Positions 36,575 to 46,298 of a stretch of 64,000 nt of DNA are shown piece after piece. Both the position numbers and the translations under genes were made by a program. Position 1 is the stretch's first letter, and every line of letters begins with the position of its first letter. The notes below the pieces were generated by a model. The model was not told the origin of the DNA. It worked only from the letters and a program-made list of their open reading frames with translations, and made no database searches. The stretch is taken from assembly GCA_003567855.1 (NCBI GenBank), contig PWYM01000237.1:5302-69301 (forward strand), written 5' to 3'. This stretch comes from Gammaproteobacteria bacterium (lineage in GTDB: Bacteria > Pseudomonadota > Gammaproteobacteria > Steroidobacterales > PWYM01).

Positions 36575-37780
36575 ATGGACCTGCGATTCAGCGACGATGA
36601 CCGCGCGTTCAGGGAGGAAGTACGCACCTTTCTCGCGGAGAAATACCCGGCCGACATCCGTGAACGCACGCAGCGCGGCCTGCGCCTGGGCCGCGACGAC
36701 CATATGCGCTGGCAGCAGACGCTCTACGAACAGGGGTGGGCCGCACCGAACTGGCCGGTCGAGCACGGCGGTACCGGCTGGAGTGCGACCCGGCGCTACA
36801 TTTTCGACTCCGAGCTTGCCCTGGCGAACACGCCGCAGATCATGCCGTTCGGACTGTCGATGGTCGGCCCGGTCATCTACACCTACGGCACCGAGGCGCA
36901 GAAGGCGCGCTTCCTGCCCGACATCCTCGCGAGCCGCGTCTGGTGGTGCCAGGGGTACTCGGAACCGGGCGCGGGCTCCGATCTCGCATCGCTGAAGACC
37001 CGTGCCGACCGCGACGGCGACGAGTATGTGATCAACGGCACCAAGACGTGGACCACCCTCGGCCAGCACGCCGACTGGATATTCCTCCTCGCGCGCACTT
37101 CCCAGGACGTCGCCCGCAAGCAGGAGGGCATCAGCTTCCTGCTCGCCGACATGCGCACACCGGGCATCAGCGTGCGGCCGATCATCACCGTCGACGGCGA
37201 GCACGAGGTCAACGAGGTGCACTTCGAGAACGTGCGCATTCCGGTCGACAACCTCGTCGGCGACGAGGGCCACGGCTGGACCTACGGCAAGGTTCTGCTG
37301 CAGCATGAACGTACCGGCATCGCCGCGGTCGCCCGCTCCAAGTATCGGCTCTCGCGCCTGCGCGCACTCGCAGGCTCGATCCCGGCGGGCGATGGCACCC
37401 TGCTCGACGACCCGCAGTTCCGCCGACGTCTCGCACGCGTCGAGATCGAACTGACCGCTCTCGAGTACACCGAGCTTCGCACGCTCGCGGCGGTGGCCAC
37501 CGGTGGCGCACCCGGGCCCGAATCGTCGCTGCTTAAAATTCGTGGCACCGAGGTGCAGCAACAGCTGGACCTGCTCTACGTCGAAGCCGCCGGCTACCGC
37601 GCGCTGCCATTCGTACCCGGGCAGTTCCGCGATCCCGACATCGCCGACGACGAGCGCATCGGCGGACCGTGGGCGGCGGACACCGCGCCGCGCTATTTCA
37701 ACGGCCGCAAGGTGACGATCTACGGCGGCACCAACGAGATTCAGAAAAACATCATCGCGAAGGCGGTGCTCGGCCTCTGA
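36575..37780 (+). CDS. Acyl-CoA dehydrogenase family protein (first of an adjacent pair)
   Basis: 401 aa from the ATG at 36575 (MDLRFSDDDRAFREEVRTFL; GGAGG upstream). ACAD fold with C-terminal TIYGGTNEIQKNIIAK. The track start at 36188 overlaps moaC and was rejected. Confidence 0.88.
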   Translation: MDLRFSDDDRAFREEVRTFLAEKYPADIRERTQRGLRLGRDDHMRWQQTLYEQGWAAPNWPVEHGGTGWSATRRYIFDSELALANTPQIMPFGLSMVGPVIYTYGTEAQKARFLPDILASRVWWCQGYSEPGAGSDLASLKTRADRDGDEYVINGTKTWTTLGQHADWIFLLARTSQDVARKQEGISFLLADMRTPGISVRPIITVDGEHEVNEVHFENVRIPVDNLVGDEGHGWTYGKVLLQHERTGIAAVARSKYRLSRLRALAGSIPAGDGTLLDDPQFRRRLARVEIELTALEYTELRTLAAVATGGAPGPESSLLKIRGTEVQQQLDLLYVEAAGYRALPFVPGQFRDPDIADDERIGGPWAADTAPRYFNGRKVTIYGGTNEIQKNIIAKAVLGL

Positions 37781-37819
37781 GCCGCAGCTGCGCCACGCCA
37801 CGACCAGGAAGCGAAGGCC

Positions 37820-38944
37820 ATGGATTTCGATCTCAGCGACGAGCAGGCCCTGCTCAAGGACAGCCTCGAACGCTTCGTTCGCAACGACTACGACTTCGAC
37901 TCGCGGCGCCGCAACCTTGCAAGCGAGCGGGGGTTCAGCAGCACACACTGGCAACTTTTCGGCGAACTCGGCTGGACCGCGATGCCGTTCCCGGAGGTCG
38001 ACGGCGGCCTCGACGGCGGCGCCATCGAGCTGATGCTGATCATGGAGCAGTTCGGCCGCGGTCTCGTCATCGAGCCGTACCTGCCGACCATCGTGCTCGC
38101 TGGCGGCGCGTTGCGACGCGCCGGCTCCGAAGCGCAGAAGTCGCGCTGGCTCGCACCGCTGGTGGCGGCCGAGCAGACTGCCGCGCTCGCGTTCGCCGAA
38201 CCCGGCGGACGGTTCGACCCATGGCACGTGACCACGCGCGCCGAGCGCGACGGCGAAGGCTGGCGCCTGCACGGCGAGAAGATCGCGGTACTCAATGCGC
38301 GCGACGCGGGCCTGGTCGTCGTGCCCGCACGCACGGCGGGCGCAACTGGCGATCGCGACGGCATCGGCCTGTTCGTCGTCACGGCCGGCACGAAAGGTAT
38401 GCGCGTCACCGCCTACCCCACCGTGGACGGGCTGCAGGCGGCCGATCTCGCGCTGGACGGCGTACGCGTCGACGGTGAGGCCCTGCTGGGCACACCCGAC
38501 GGTGGCGGATCCGTGCTCGCGGAGGTGTACGACGAGGCCCTGCTCGCCGTATCGGCCGAGGCCGTCGGCGTGATGTCGGTATTGCTCGAGAAAACGATCG
38601 ACTACACGCGCAACCGCCGCCAGTTCGGTGTACCCATCGGCACCTTCCAGGCGCTGCAGCACCGCATGGTCGAGATGTTCATGTGCGTCGAGCAGAGCCG
38701 TTCGCTGCTGTACATGGCGGCGATGAAGCTCGCGGCCGGGCACGACGATGCATCGCGCGCGCTCGCCGCGCTCAAGTACCAAGTCGGCACTTCAGGCCGG
38801 CTCATCGGCGAGGAAGCCGTGCAGCTGCACGGCGGCATGGGTGTCACCGACGAACTCGACGTCGCCCACTACTTCAAGCGCGTCACGACGCTGGACCTGC
38901 TGTTCGGCAACGCGGACCATCACCTGACACGCTACACCGGCTGA
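37820..38944 (+). CDS. Acyl-CoA dehydrogenase family protein (second of the pair)
   Basis: 374 aa, MDFDLSDEQALLKDSLERFV..., with C-terminal QLHGGMGVTDELDVAHYFKR. It begins 39 nt after the previous ACAD. Confidence 0.88.
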   Translation: MDFDLSDEQALLKDSLERFVRNDYDFDSRRRNLASERGFSSTHWQLFGELGWTAMPFPEVDGGLDGGAIELMLIMEQFGRGLVIEPYLPTIVLAGGALRRAGSEAQKSRWLAPLVAAEQTAALAFAEPGGRFDPWHVTTRAERDGEGWRLHGEKIAVLNARDAGLVVVPARTAGATGDRDGIGLFVVTAGTKGMRVTAYPTVDGLQAADLALDGVRVDGEALLGTPDGGGSVLAEVYDEALLAVSAEAVGVMSVLLEKTIDYTRNRRQFGVPIGTFQALQHRMVEMFMCVEQSRSLLYMAAMKLAAGHDDASRALAALKYQVGTSGRLIGEEAVQLHGGMGVTDELDVAHYFKRVTTLDLLFGNADHHLTRYTG

Positions 38945-38973
38945 CCCGCCACAGGGGCTGTATGCCCGGTCGT

Positions 38974-40659
38974 TCAGCCGAGTTCGGCCGCCTCGATCTT
39001 CGCCCACGAATCGCGAAGCGTGACCGTGCGGTTGAACACCGCGCGTCCATCTGCGCCGTTTTCGCGCTCCCGGGTGAAGTAGCCGACGCGCTCGAACTGC
39101 ATCCCTTCGCCGGGCTGAAAATCTAGCACCGCCGGCTCCGCGCGCGCCTCGGCGATCACCTGCAGCGAATCCGGATTGAGGTCTTCCAGCCACGCGTCGC
39201 CGCCCACCGGCGATGCGGTCCTGAGCAGGCGGTCGTAGAGACGCAGCTCCACCGGTATCGCGCTCGGCGCATGCACCCAGTGGATCGTACCCTTGACCTT
39301 GCGATCGCTGCCGCTGCCACCGCTGCGGGTGTCGGGGTCGTAGCTGCAGCGCAGTTCGACGACGACGCCGTCGGCGTCGTGGACGACCTCGTCGCAGCGG
39401 ATGATGTAGGCACCCCTGAGGCGCACTTCGCCGCCAGGCTTGAGGCGATGAAACTTGCGGGGCGGATCCTCCATGAAGTCGTCGGCGTCGATCCACAGTT
39501 CCCGCCCGAAACGCACCTCGCGGCTGCCCTGTTCAGGATCGCCGGGATGGTTGGGCAGGGATACGAATTCCTCGGTACCGGCGTCGTAGTTGGTGAGCAC
39601 CACACGCAGGGGACGTACGACGACGAGGCGTCTGTGTGCGACGGCGTTGAGACTGTCGCGCACCGCGTGCTCGAGCACGCCCATCTCGATGGTGTTCTCT
39701 TTCTTGGTGATCCCGACGCGACGCGCGAACTCGCGAATCGCCACCGGCGGATACCCGCGGCGCCGCATGCCCGCGATCGTCGGCATGCGCGGGTCGTCCC
39801 AGCCGTCGACGATGCCGCGATTCACGAGTTCGGCAAGTCGGCGCTTGCTGGTGACCGTGTAGGCGAGATTGAGCCGTGAAAACTCGATCTGTCGCGGGCG
39901 GTGCGGCAGGTCCAGGCTGTCGAGGAACCATTCGTACAGCGGCCGATGGTCCTCGAACTCGAGCGTGCACAGCGAATGGGTGATGCCCTCGAAGGCATCC
40001 GACAGCGTATGCGCAAAGTCGTACATCGGGTAGATGCACCAGCGCTCGCCAGTGCGGTGATGCGCGGCATGGCGGATACGGTAGAGCGTCGGGTCACGCA
40101 GGTTGATGTTCGGCGCCGCCATGTCGATGCGGGCGCGCAGCACGCATTCCCCCTCGGCGAACTCGCCACTGAGCATGCGCTCGAACAGGTCGAGGTTCTC
40201 GTCCACGCTCCTGTCTCGCCAGGGGCTGTTGCGGCCCGGCTCGGTCAGAGTGCCGCGGTACTCGCGGATCTGCTCGGCCGGCAGGTGATCGACGTAGGCG
40301 AGGCCGCCGCGAATCAGCGCCACGGCCTGCTCGTAGAGTCGGTCGAAGTAGTCCGAGGCGTGGGTCAGCCGGTCACCCCATTCGAATCCCAGCCACTCGA
40401 CGTCCTCGCAGATCGACGCGGTATAGCGTTCGTCCTCGCGCACCGGATTGGTGTCGTCGAAACGCAGGAAGCAGCGCCCGTCGTACTCGGCGGCGACGCC
40501 GAAGTTCAGGCAGATGCTCTTCGCATGACCGATATGCAGGTAACCATTGGGCTCGGGCGGAAAACGCGTGACGATCTCGCGATGTCGACCGGCCGCGAGG
40601 TCGTCACGGACGGTCTGGCGGATGAAATCGAGCGGAGTATCGGGCGCTTCGGTGGCCAT
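38974..40659 (-). CDS. glnS: Glutamine--tRNA ligase
   Basis: Class I HIGH motif (PEPNGYLHIGHAKSICLNFG), a KMSKS-like VTSKRRL, and the GlnRS-type C-terminal anticodon-binding beta-barrels. 561 aa. Confidence 0.93.
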   Translation of the reverse strand: MATEAPDTPLDFIRQTVRDDLAAGRHREIVTRFPPEPNGYLHIGHAKSICLNFGVAAEYDGRCFLRFDDTNPVREDERYTASICEDVEWLGFEWGDRLTHASDYFDRLYEQAVALIRGGLAYVDHLPAEQIREYRGTLTEPGRNSPWRDRSVDENLDLFERMLSGEFAEGECVLRARIDMAAPNINLRDPTLYRIRHAAHHRTGERWCIYPMYDFAHTLSDAFEGITHSLCTLEFEDHRPLYEWFLDSLDLPHRPRQIEFSRLNLAYTVTSKRRLAELVNRGIVDGWDDPRMPTIAGMRRRGYPPVAIREFARRVGITKKENTIEMGVLEHAVRDSLNAVAHRRLVVVRPLRVVLTNYDAGTEEFVSLPNHPGDPEQGSREVRFGRELWIDADDFMEDPPRKFHRLKPGGEVRLRGAYIIRCDEVVHDADGVVVELRCSYDPDTRSGGSGSDRKVKGTIHWVHAPSAIPVELRLYDRLLRTASPVGGDAWLEDLNPDSLQVIAEARAEPAVLDFQPGEGMQFERVGYFTRERENGADGRAVFNRTVTLRDSWAKIEAAELG

Positions 40660-40756
40660 ACGGTTCCAGTGACAGGTGCAAGCGGGGATTGAAGGCCCGA
40701 GCCTTCGGGCCCGGGCGGCGCGTGGTCGGCATTGTACCGCCTGGCCGCGTCGGCGC

Positions 40757-42310
40757 TCAGCCGCGCGCGGTGACGGCCTCGATCAGCGTCGGTTCGCCGG
40801 CGGACAGCGCTCGCGCCAGCGCCGCGTGAAAACCGTCGGCGTCGTCGGCACGCACGGCTGCGACGCCGTGGCCCCGCGCGAGCTGCACCCAGTCCAGTGC
40901 CGGGCGCGAGAGGTCGAACAGCGCTCGCCCGCACGGATACCCGCCACCGCCGAGCGCATCCAGTTCCATGTCGAGGATCGCATAGCGGCGGTTGGAGACA
41001 ATCACGACGACGACCGGCAGGCGCTCGCGCGCCAACGTCCACAGCGCCTGCAGCGTGTACATCGCGCCGCCATCGCCGTGCACGCAAAGCACCGGTCGGT
41101 CCGGGCCCGCGAGCTGCGCACCCACCGCCAGCGGCAGGCCCTGGCCGATGGACCCTCCGGTCAGCGCCAGCCAGTCATGCGGCGGCGCACCGGCAGTCGC
41201 CTTGTACAGCGCGGCACCGGCGGTCGTAGCCTCGTCGACGACGATCGCCTCGGGCGGCAACAGGTGCGCGACCGAGGCTGCGACCGCATCCGCGGTAAGT
41301 GCGCCTGACGGCGCCGGCGGGCGCAGTGCGGATGCGGTTCCGGTCGGTTCACGCGCGCAGCCGAGCGCATCGACAAGCGCCTCGAGCGTCTGGTGTGCCG
41401 CAGCGTCGCGGCCGCCGAGGTCGATGCGTGACGCGTCGGCCGGCGCCATGCGCCCGGGCTGCCCGGGATACGCGAACAGCGACGCCGGGTCCGCAGCCCC
41501 CAGCAGGAGCAGGTGCCGGGTGCCGTCGAGCTGGGCCCGCGCGGCATCGACCCGGTAGGCGAGCCGCCGCGGCATCACGACGCCGGCGCCGCGTCTCAGG
41601 CGCGGCGGAAAGGTTTCCAGCAGCAGTCGGCAACCGGTGGTCGCGGCCACCCGCCCCGCCATGGTCAGCGAGGCCTCGTCGAGTGCGGGACCACCGAGCA
41701 GCAGCGCGGTGTGCTCTCCGCCACCACGAAGGGCGGTGACGGCCGCGTGCAGTGCGTCCGCGTCAACCGGCACTCGCGGCCGGGACGGCGGCGCGTGGCG
41801 CACCGGTTCGGCATCCCCCCACGCATGATCGGCCGGGACGCGCAGCGTGGCCACGCCGCCGTTGGCGTCGCGCGCCCGCGCCAGCGCCAGCGCCCCGGCC
41901 CGTGGCAGTCCGGCCGCGTCCGGCGACGCGCCGACCCAGTCGCTCATCGGCCGGGCGAGCGCCTCGATATCGGCTGTCAGCGGTGCATTCAGCCCGACAT
42001 GCGCGGTCGCATGATCACCGACGATATTCAGCAGCGGCGTCGCTGCGCGCCGCGCGTTGTGCAGGTTGGCCAGCCCGTTCGCAAGCCCCGGGCCGAGGTG
42101 CAGCAGGGTCGCGGCAGGGCGGCGCTGCATGCGCGCGTAACCGTCGGCGGCCCCGGTGACGACGCCCTCGAACAGACCAAGCACCGGGCGCACCTGCGGC
42201 ACCGAGTCGAGCGCCGCGACCAGGTGCATTTCCGACGTCCCGGGGTTTGCGAACAGCGTGTCGATGCCGGCATCGGCGAGCGTCGCCAGCAGGGCGCGTG
42301 CGGCATTCAT
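40757..42310 (-). CDS. Thiamine-diphosphate-dependent enzyme (acetolactate-synthase-large-subunit-like)
   Basis: N-terminal LLATLADAGIDTLFANPGTSEMHLVAAL and the ThDP-binding motif HGDGGAMYTLQALWT...VIVSNRRY. The ATG at 42310 overlaps the upstream stop. The substrate is unknown. Confidence 0.82.
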   Translation of the reverse strand: MNAARALLATLADAGIDTLFANPGTSEMHLVAALDSVPQVRPVLGLFEGVVTGAADGYARMQRRPAATLLHLGPGLANGLANLHNARRAATPLLNIVGDHATAHVGLNAPLTADIEALARPMSDWVGASPDAAGLPRAGALALARARDANGGVATLRVPADHAWGDAEPVRHAPPSRPRVPVDADALHAAVTALRGGGEHTALLLGGPALDEASLTMAGRVAATTGCRLLLETFPPRLRRGAGVVMPRRLAYRVDAARAQLDGTRHLLLLGAADPASLFAYPGQPGRMAPADASRIDLGGRDAAAHQTLEALVDALGCAREPTGTASALRPPAPSGALTADAVAASVAHLLPPEAIVVDEATTAGAALYKATAGAPPHDWLALTGGSIGQGLPLAVGAQLAGPDRPVLCVHGDGGAMYTLQALWTLARERLPVVVVIVSNRRYAILDMELDALGGGGYPCGRALFDLSRPALDWVQLARGHGVAAVRADDADGFHAALARALSAGEPTLIEAVTARG

Positions 42311-43320
42311 GCCCGCCGGGTTCGCGCAGTCTCCACCGTGTCGCCGGCGAGCCGGTCGCGCCAGGCCCCGCGCGCGGCACGATACTCGGCATCGAGCGTG
42401 GCGACGACGTCGCCGGCCGGCGTGACGTCGCGTATGGCACCGAGTCCCTGGCCCGCACCCCAGATATCGCGCCACGCCTTGCTGTCCTTGAGCGCGCTCC
42501 CAGCGTCGGCGAAATTCATCGCGCTCTTGTCGGCGCCGGGCAGCCGGTCGGGGTCCAGGCCCGCGGCGCGGATGCTCGGTGCCAGGTAGTTGCCCGGAAC
42601 ACCGGTGAACGTCGAGGTGTAGACGATGTCCTCGGCGGCGCCCTCAACGAGCATGCGCTTGTAGGTGTCAGGTGCATTGGCTTCGGCTGTCGCGATGAAG
42701 CGGGTGCCCACGTAGGCGAGGTCGGCCCCCATCACCTCGGCGGCAAGCACCGCCTCACCATGTGCGATCGCCCCCGCGAGCAGCAGCAGGCCGTCAAACT
42801 CGGCGCGCACCTCCTGGAGCAGCGCGAAGGGGCTCAGCATGCCCGCATGGCCGCCGGCGCCCGCACACACGAGGATGAGCCCGTCTACGCCCGCTGCAAT
42901 AGCCTTGCGCGCATGGCGCAGCGTCGTGACGTCATGCAGCACCAGTCCGCCGTATCCGTGCACGGCGTCGACGACGACTGACGGCTCACGCAGGCTGGTG
43001 ATCACGACGGGGACGCGATGGCGCACGCAGGCTTCGAGGTCATGCTCGAGCCGGTCGTTGGTGTGGTGGACGATCAGGTTGACCGCGTACGGCGCGATGG
43101 GCTCGTCCGGGCGCGCCGCGCGGGCCTCAGCCAGTGCCGTATCGATACGGGTCAGCCATTCGTCGAGCGCTTCGGCCGGACGCGCGTTGAGCGACGGGAA
43201 GGCGCCGACAATGCCCGCCGTGCATTGCGCGATCACGAGTTCCGGCGTCGAGACGATGAACATCGGCGCGCCTACCACCGGCAGGCGCAGCGAGGACTTG
43301 AGTTCCTGGATCGTCGGCAT
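42307..43320 (-). CDS. Nitronate monooxygenase (NMO/2-nitropropane dioxygenase, FMN) family protein
   Basis: LRLPVVGAPMFIVSTPELV and LILVCAGAGGHAG are typical of PF03060-type enzymes. The start is trimmed to MPTIQELK (43320). Confidence 0.8.
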   Translation of the reverse strand: MPTIQELKSSLRLPVVGAPMFIVSTPELVIAQCTAGIVGAFPSLNARPAEALDEWLTRIDTALAEARAARPDEPIAPYAVNLIVHHTNDRLEHDLEACVRHRVPVVITSLREPSVVVDAVHGYGGLVLHDVTTLRHARKAIAAGVDGLILVCAGAGGHAGMLSPFALLQEVRAEFDGLLLLAGAIAHGEAVLAAEVMGADLAYVGTRFIATAEANAPDTYKRMLVEGAAEDIVYTSTFTGVPGNYLAPSIRAAGLDPDRLPGADKSAMNFADAGSALKDSKAWRDIWGAGQGLGAIRDVTPAGDVVATLDAEYRAARGAWRDRLAGDTVETARTRRA

Positions 43321-43528
43321 GGGTCTCCCTTCCTCCGGAGCGGCTTCGTGGCGCAGCGCCGAAACCCTATCACGGGCACCGACCGTCGCAGCGCCCCGTC
43401 GCGAGGGCCGGACGACGTCGGTACCCACAGAGACCATGAATGTTGCGAATCAACAACATCAGACGATGCTGCATTGCCAGATACGGGGCGTCCCGGATCG
43501 ACCTTGTTGGAAATTTCCCAGCTTGCAA

Positions 43529-43561
43529 TTGACGGCACCCGCGTCGCGTGATTGTATACAA
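43529..43561 (+). promoter_or_regulatory. Candidate promoter/operator of TBDR-3: TTGACG hexamer plus palindrome TTGTATACAA
   Basis: TTGACG (43529-43534), then 17 nt, then the perfect 10-bp palindrome TTGTATACAA (43552-43561). The identical palindrome recurs at 53322-53331. A further palindrome, GGAAATTTCC, lies at 43509-43518. Confidence 0.5.
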
Positions 43562-43653
43562 AAGCGTTTTAGGGAGGGATGCCGCGGTCGTGCCGGGCCA
43601 GGAGGGCTCGCGGGCGGCGTGCACTGATGCCATCAAGCCGTGAGGATCGAACC

Positions 43654-46155
43654 GTGAACGAGTACGTCTACACCCGTCGTCCGTTGCGCGCCGCCGTCAG
43701 GCGCGCGTTGTTCATTTCCGGCGTGGGCGCCTGCCTGGCAGCGCCGACCTACGCACAGGCCCCCGCGCAGCAGCCGGAGACGCGCGCCGTCGACGAGATC
43801 GTCGTCACCGCCCGCCAGCGCGCAGAGCTGCTGCAGGACGTGCCCGCGTCGGTGACGGCGTTCACCGCGGCCGACATCGCCGACGCCGGCATCGACCGTG
43901 CCGAAGACTTCATCGGGCTGACCCCTGGCGTGTCGATGATCAACAGTACCGAGGCCGGTGATCTGCAGGTCAACATCCGCGGCATCAACACCTCGCGCGA
44001 TGCCGAGACCAACTTCGCTTTCATCGTCGACGGCGTACTGCTGACGAACCCGAACGCCTTCAACCAGGAATTCGCGCATATCGAGCAGATCGAGATCGTG
44101 AAGGGCCCGCAGGGCGCGCAGTACGGGCGCAACGCGTCGGCCGGCGCGATCATCGTCACCACACGCGAACCCGGCCCGGAACTCGAGGGCCGCGTGCGGG
44201 CCGGTTACGGCAACAACAACGCGTTCACCGCCAATGCCGCGTTCTCCGGCCCACTGGTCGAGGACACGATGTACGGCGGGATCAACTTCGCCTATCGCGA
44301 CAGCGACGGGCACTTCCGCAATGTGACCACCGGCAACAAGGACGTCGATGACTACAACGAGTGGTCCATCGACGGCCGCCTGATCATCGAACCCACTGAT
44401 GCGCTGAAGCTCGACTTCAAGGCGCGCTACAGTGAAATCGACAGCGGCGCGATCGGTTTCAACGCGGCGTTTGCGATCCCCGGACTGGTCGAGGGCCTGG
44501 AAGGCGTGTTCGGCCGACCGGCCACCGAAGCTTTCATCGACGTGAACGAGCACCAGTTCGTCTACCAGAACAACGTCGTGCCACAGAACGAACAGGAAAA
44601 CATCAACCTGTCGCTGAAGGCCGATTACGACCTCGGCTTCGCGATGCTCACCGGCATCGTCGCGTACAACGACCAGGAGCAGTTCTTCCTGACCGACGGC
44701 ACGAGCGCGGCGTTCGGCATCTATTTCGCAGAGCCCACGTGCCTGGCCAGCCTCGAGCAGACGGCCGCGGAGTTCGAACAGCCGCCGCCGTTTTTCAACT
44801 TCGGCAGTCCGGATGCTCAGCTCCTGCCCGCGTACTCGAACACGACCTGCGACGGTTACCAGTACCAGGTCCGCAACCAGGAGGACCTGTCGCTGGACGT
44901 ACGCCTGACCTCGATGGGTGACGGCCCGCTGCGCTGGATCGCCGGCGCGAACTTCGTCGACATCGACCGGACGGTGATCGTCTCGCAGGGTGCCGACCTC
45001 GACCAAGGCTTCCTGCTGCAGCCTTTCGTGCCGGCCGACGGCCCTAATCCCACCGACCTGCTCTACCACGACGAACTCGACAACAAGGTCTGGGCGGCAT
45101 ACGGCAGCATTGACTACGACCTGCGGGACGACCTGGAGCTGTCGCTCGCGCTGCGCTACGACCGCGAGCGTCGCAAGGTCAGCAACCGCGTGCCCACCGA
45201 CGCGGTCGCCCCGTTCATCAATCCGCTTGGGATCGACAACCCGCCGATCAATCCGGCGCTGCTGTTCGCCGACAGCATCGAAGACCGCAGCCGCACCTTC
45301 AGCCAGTGGCAACCCAAGGTCAGCGTGAGCTGGTCGGCCACCGACGAGCTGAGCCTGTACGCGACCTACGGCGTCGGCTTCCGCAGCGGCGGCTTCAACT
45401 CGCAGGGCGTGGAGGCCACGATCGAGGTGTTCTACACCGACGCTTTCGGCGCCCAGCTGTTCAACGCCCGCGACGAGTTCGAAAAGGAAGTCTCCAAGTC
45501 TTTCGAGGTCGGCTTCAAGGCCGAACTGCTTGACCGGCAGCTGCGCATTAACGGCGCCGCTTACCGCACCAAGGTCGACGACATGCAGTTCTTCAACTTC
45601 TTCGCCGGCCCGTTCGGTCTGCTGCGCGTCGTGACCAACATCGACGAGGTCGAGATCGACGGCATAGAGCTGGACTTCCGCTACAACGTCAACGACTACT
45701 TCACGCTCTATGGTGGCGCCTCCTACCTGGACGGCGAGATCAAGCGCAACACCAACCGCCCGTTCACCGTCGGCAATGACGTCCCGATGGCGCCCAACTA
45801 CACCTTCAACCTTGGCGGCCAATTCACTGTCCCTGTCACCCCCGACATGGACTTCGTCGCCCGTACCGACTGGATCGGCACCGGCAAGACCTGGTTCTCG
45901 GAGGTACAGAACAACACCGTACCGACGCTCTTCGGACTCGACGGCGACTTCTCCCGCACTCGGCGAGATGCGTTCGAGGTCGTCAACGCACGGTTCAGTC
46001 TGCAGTCCGAGAACTGGCGTGCAACGCTTTGGGCACGTAACCTGTTCGACAAGAAGTACCTGCAGGAAGTCATTCCGGCGCCGGAGTTCGGGGGCTCTTT
46101 CATCCATGACTCGCCACGCCGCAGTTACGGCATCGAACTGAGCTACATGTTCTGA
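43654..46155 (+). CDS. TonB-dependent receptor (TBDR-3)
   Basis: Signal peptide (...CLAAPTYAQA), plug (DEIVVTARQRAELLQDVPASVTAF, IEIVKGPQGAQYGRNASAGAI), barrel, and terminal ...IELSYMF. The GTG at 43654 has GAGGA 7 nt upstream; ATG at 43627 is the alternative. Confidence 0.9.
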   Translation: MNEYVYTRRPLRAAVRRALFISGVGACLAAPTYAQAPAQQPETRAVDEIVVTARQRAELLQDVPASVTAFTAADIADAGIDRAEDFIGLTPGVSMINSTEAGDLQVNIRGINTSRDAETNFAFIVDGVLLTNPNAFNQEFAHIEQIEIVKGPQGAQYGRNASAGAIIVTTREPGPELEGRVRAGYGNNNAFTANAAFSGPLVEDTMYGGINFAYRDSDGHFRNVTTGNKDVDDYNEWSIDGRLIIEPTDALKLDFKARYSEIDSGAIGFNAAFAIPGLVEGLEGVFGRPATEAFIDVNEHQFVYQNNVVPQNEQENINLSLKADYDLGFAMLTGIVAYNDQEQFFLTDGTSAAFGIYFAEPTCLASLEQTAAEFEQPPPFFNFGSPDAQLLPAYSNTTCDGYQYQVRNQEDLSLDVRLTSMGDGPLRWIAGANFVDIDRTVIVSQGADLDQGFLLQPFVPADGPNPTDLLYHDELDNKVWAAYGSIDYDLRDDLELSLALRYDRERRKVSNRVPTDAVAPFINPLGIDNPPINPALLFADSIEDRSRTFSQWQPKVSVSWSATDELSLYATYGVGFRSGGFNSQGVEATIEVFYTDAFGAQLFNARDEFEKEVSKSFEVGFKAELLDRQLRINGAAYRTKVDDMQFFNFFAGPFGLLRVVTNIDEVEIDGIELDFRYNVNDYFTLYGGASYLDGEIKRNTNRPFTVGNDVPMAPNYTFNLGGQFTVPVTPDMDFVARTDWIGTGKTWFSEVQNNTVPTLFGLDGDFSRTRRDAFEVVNARFSLQSENWRATLWARNLFDKKYLQEVIPAPEFGGSFIHDSPRRSYGIELSYMF

Positions 46156-46199
46156 CCCTGCGGCGTGCCGCGCCGCGGTACTGCAGTGCTGCCCCTGGA

Positions 46200-46230
46200 G
46201 GCCCGGACGGTACGCCGTCCGGGCCTTTTT
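46200..46230 (+). terminator. Rho-independent terminator after TBDR-3
   Basis: GGCCCGGACGG-tacg-CCGTCCGGGCC followed by TTTTT. Confidence 0.8.
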
Positions 46231-46298
46231 CATGGCCGACGTGTCACCGTACTGTCATCCGTGGTGTGCACAGTCCGCGGGCGTCGGAGGTCTTCGCC

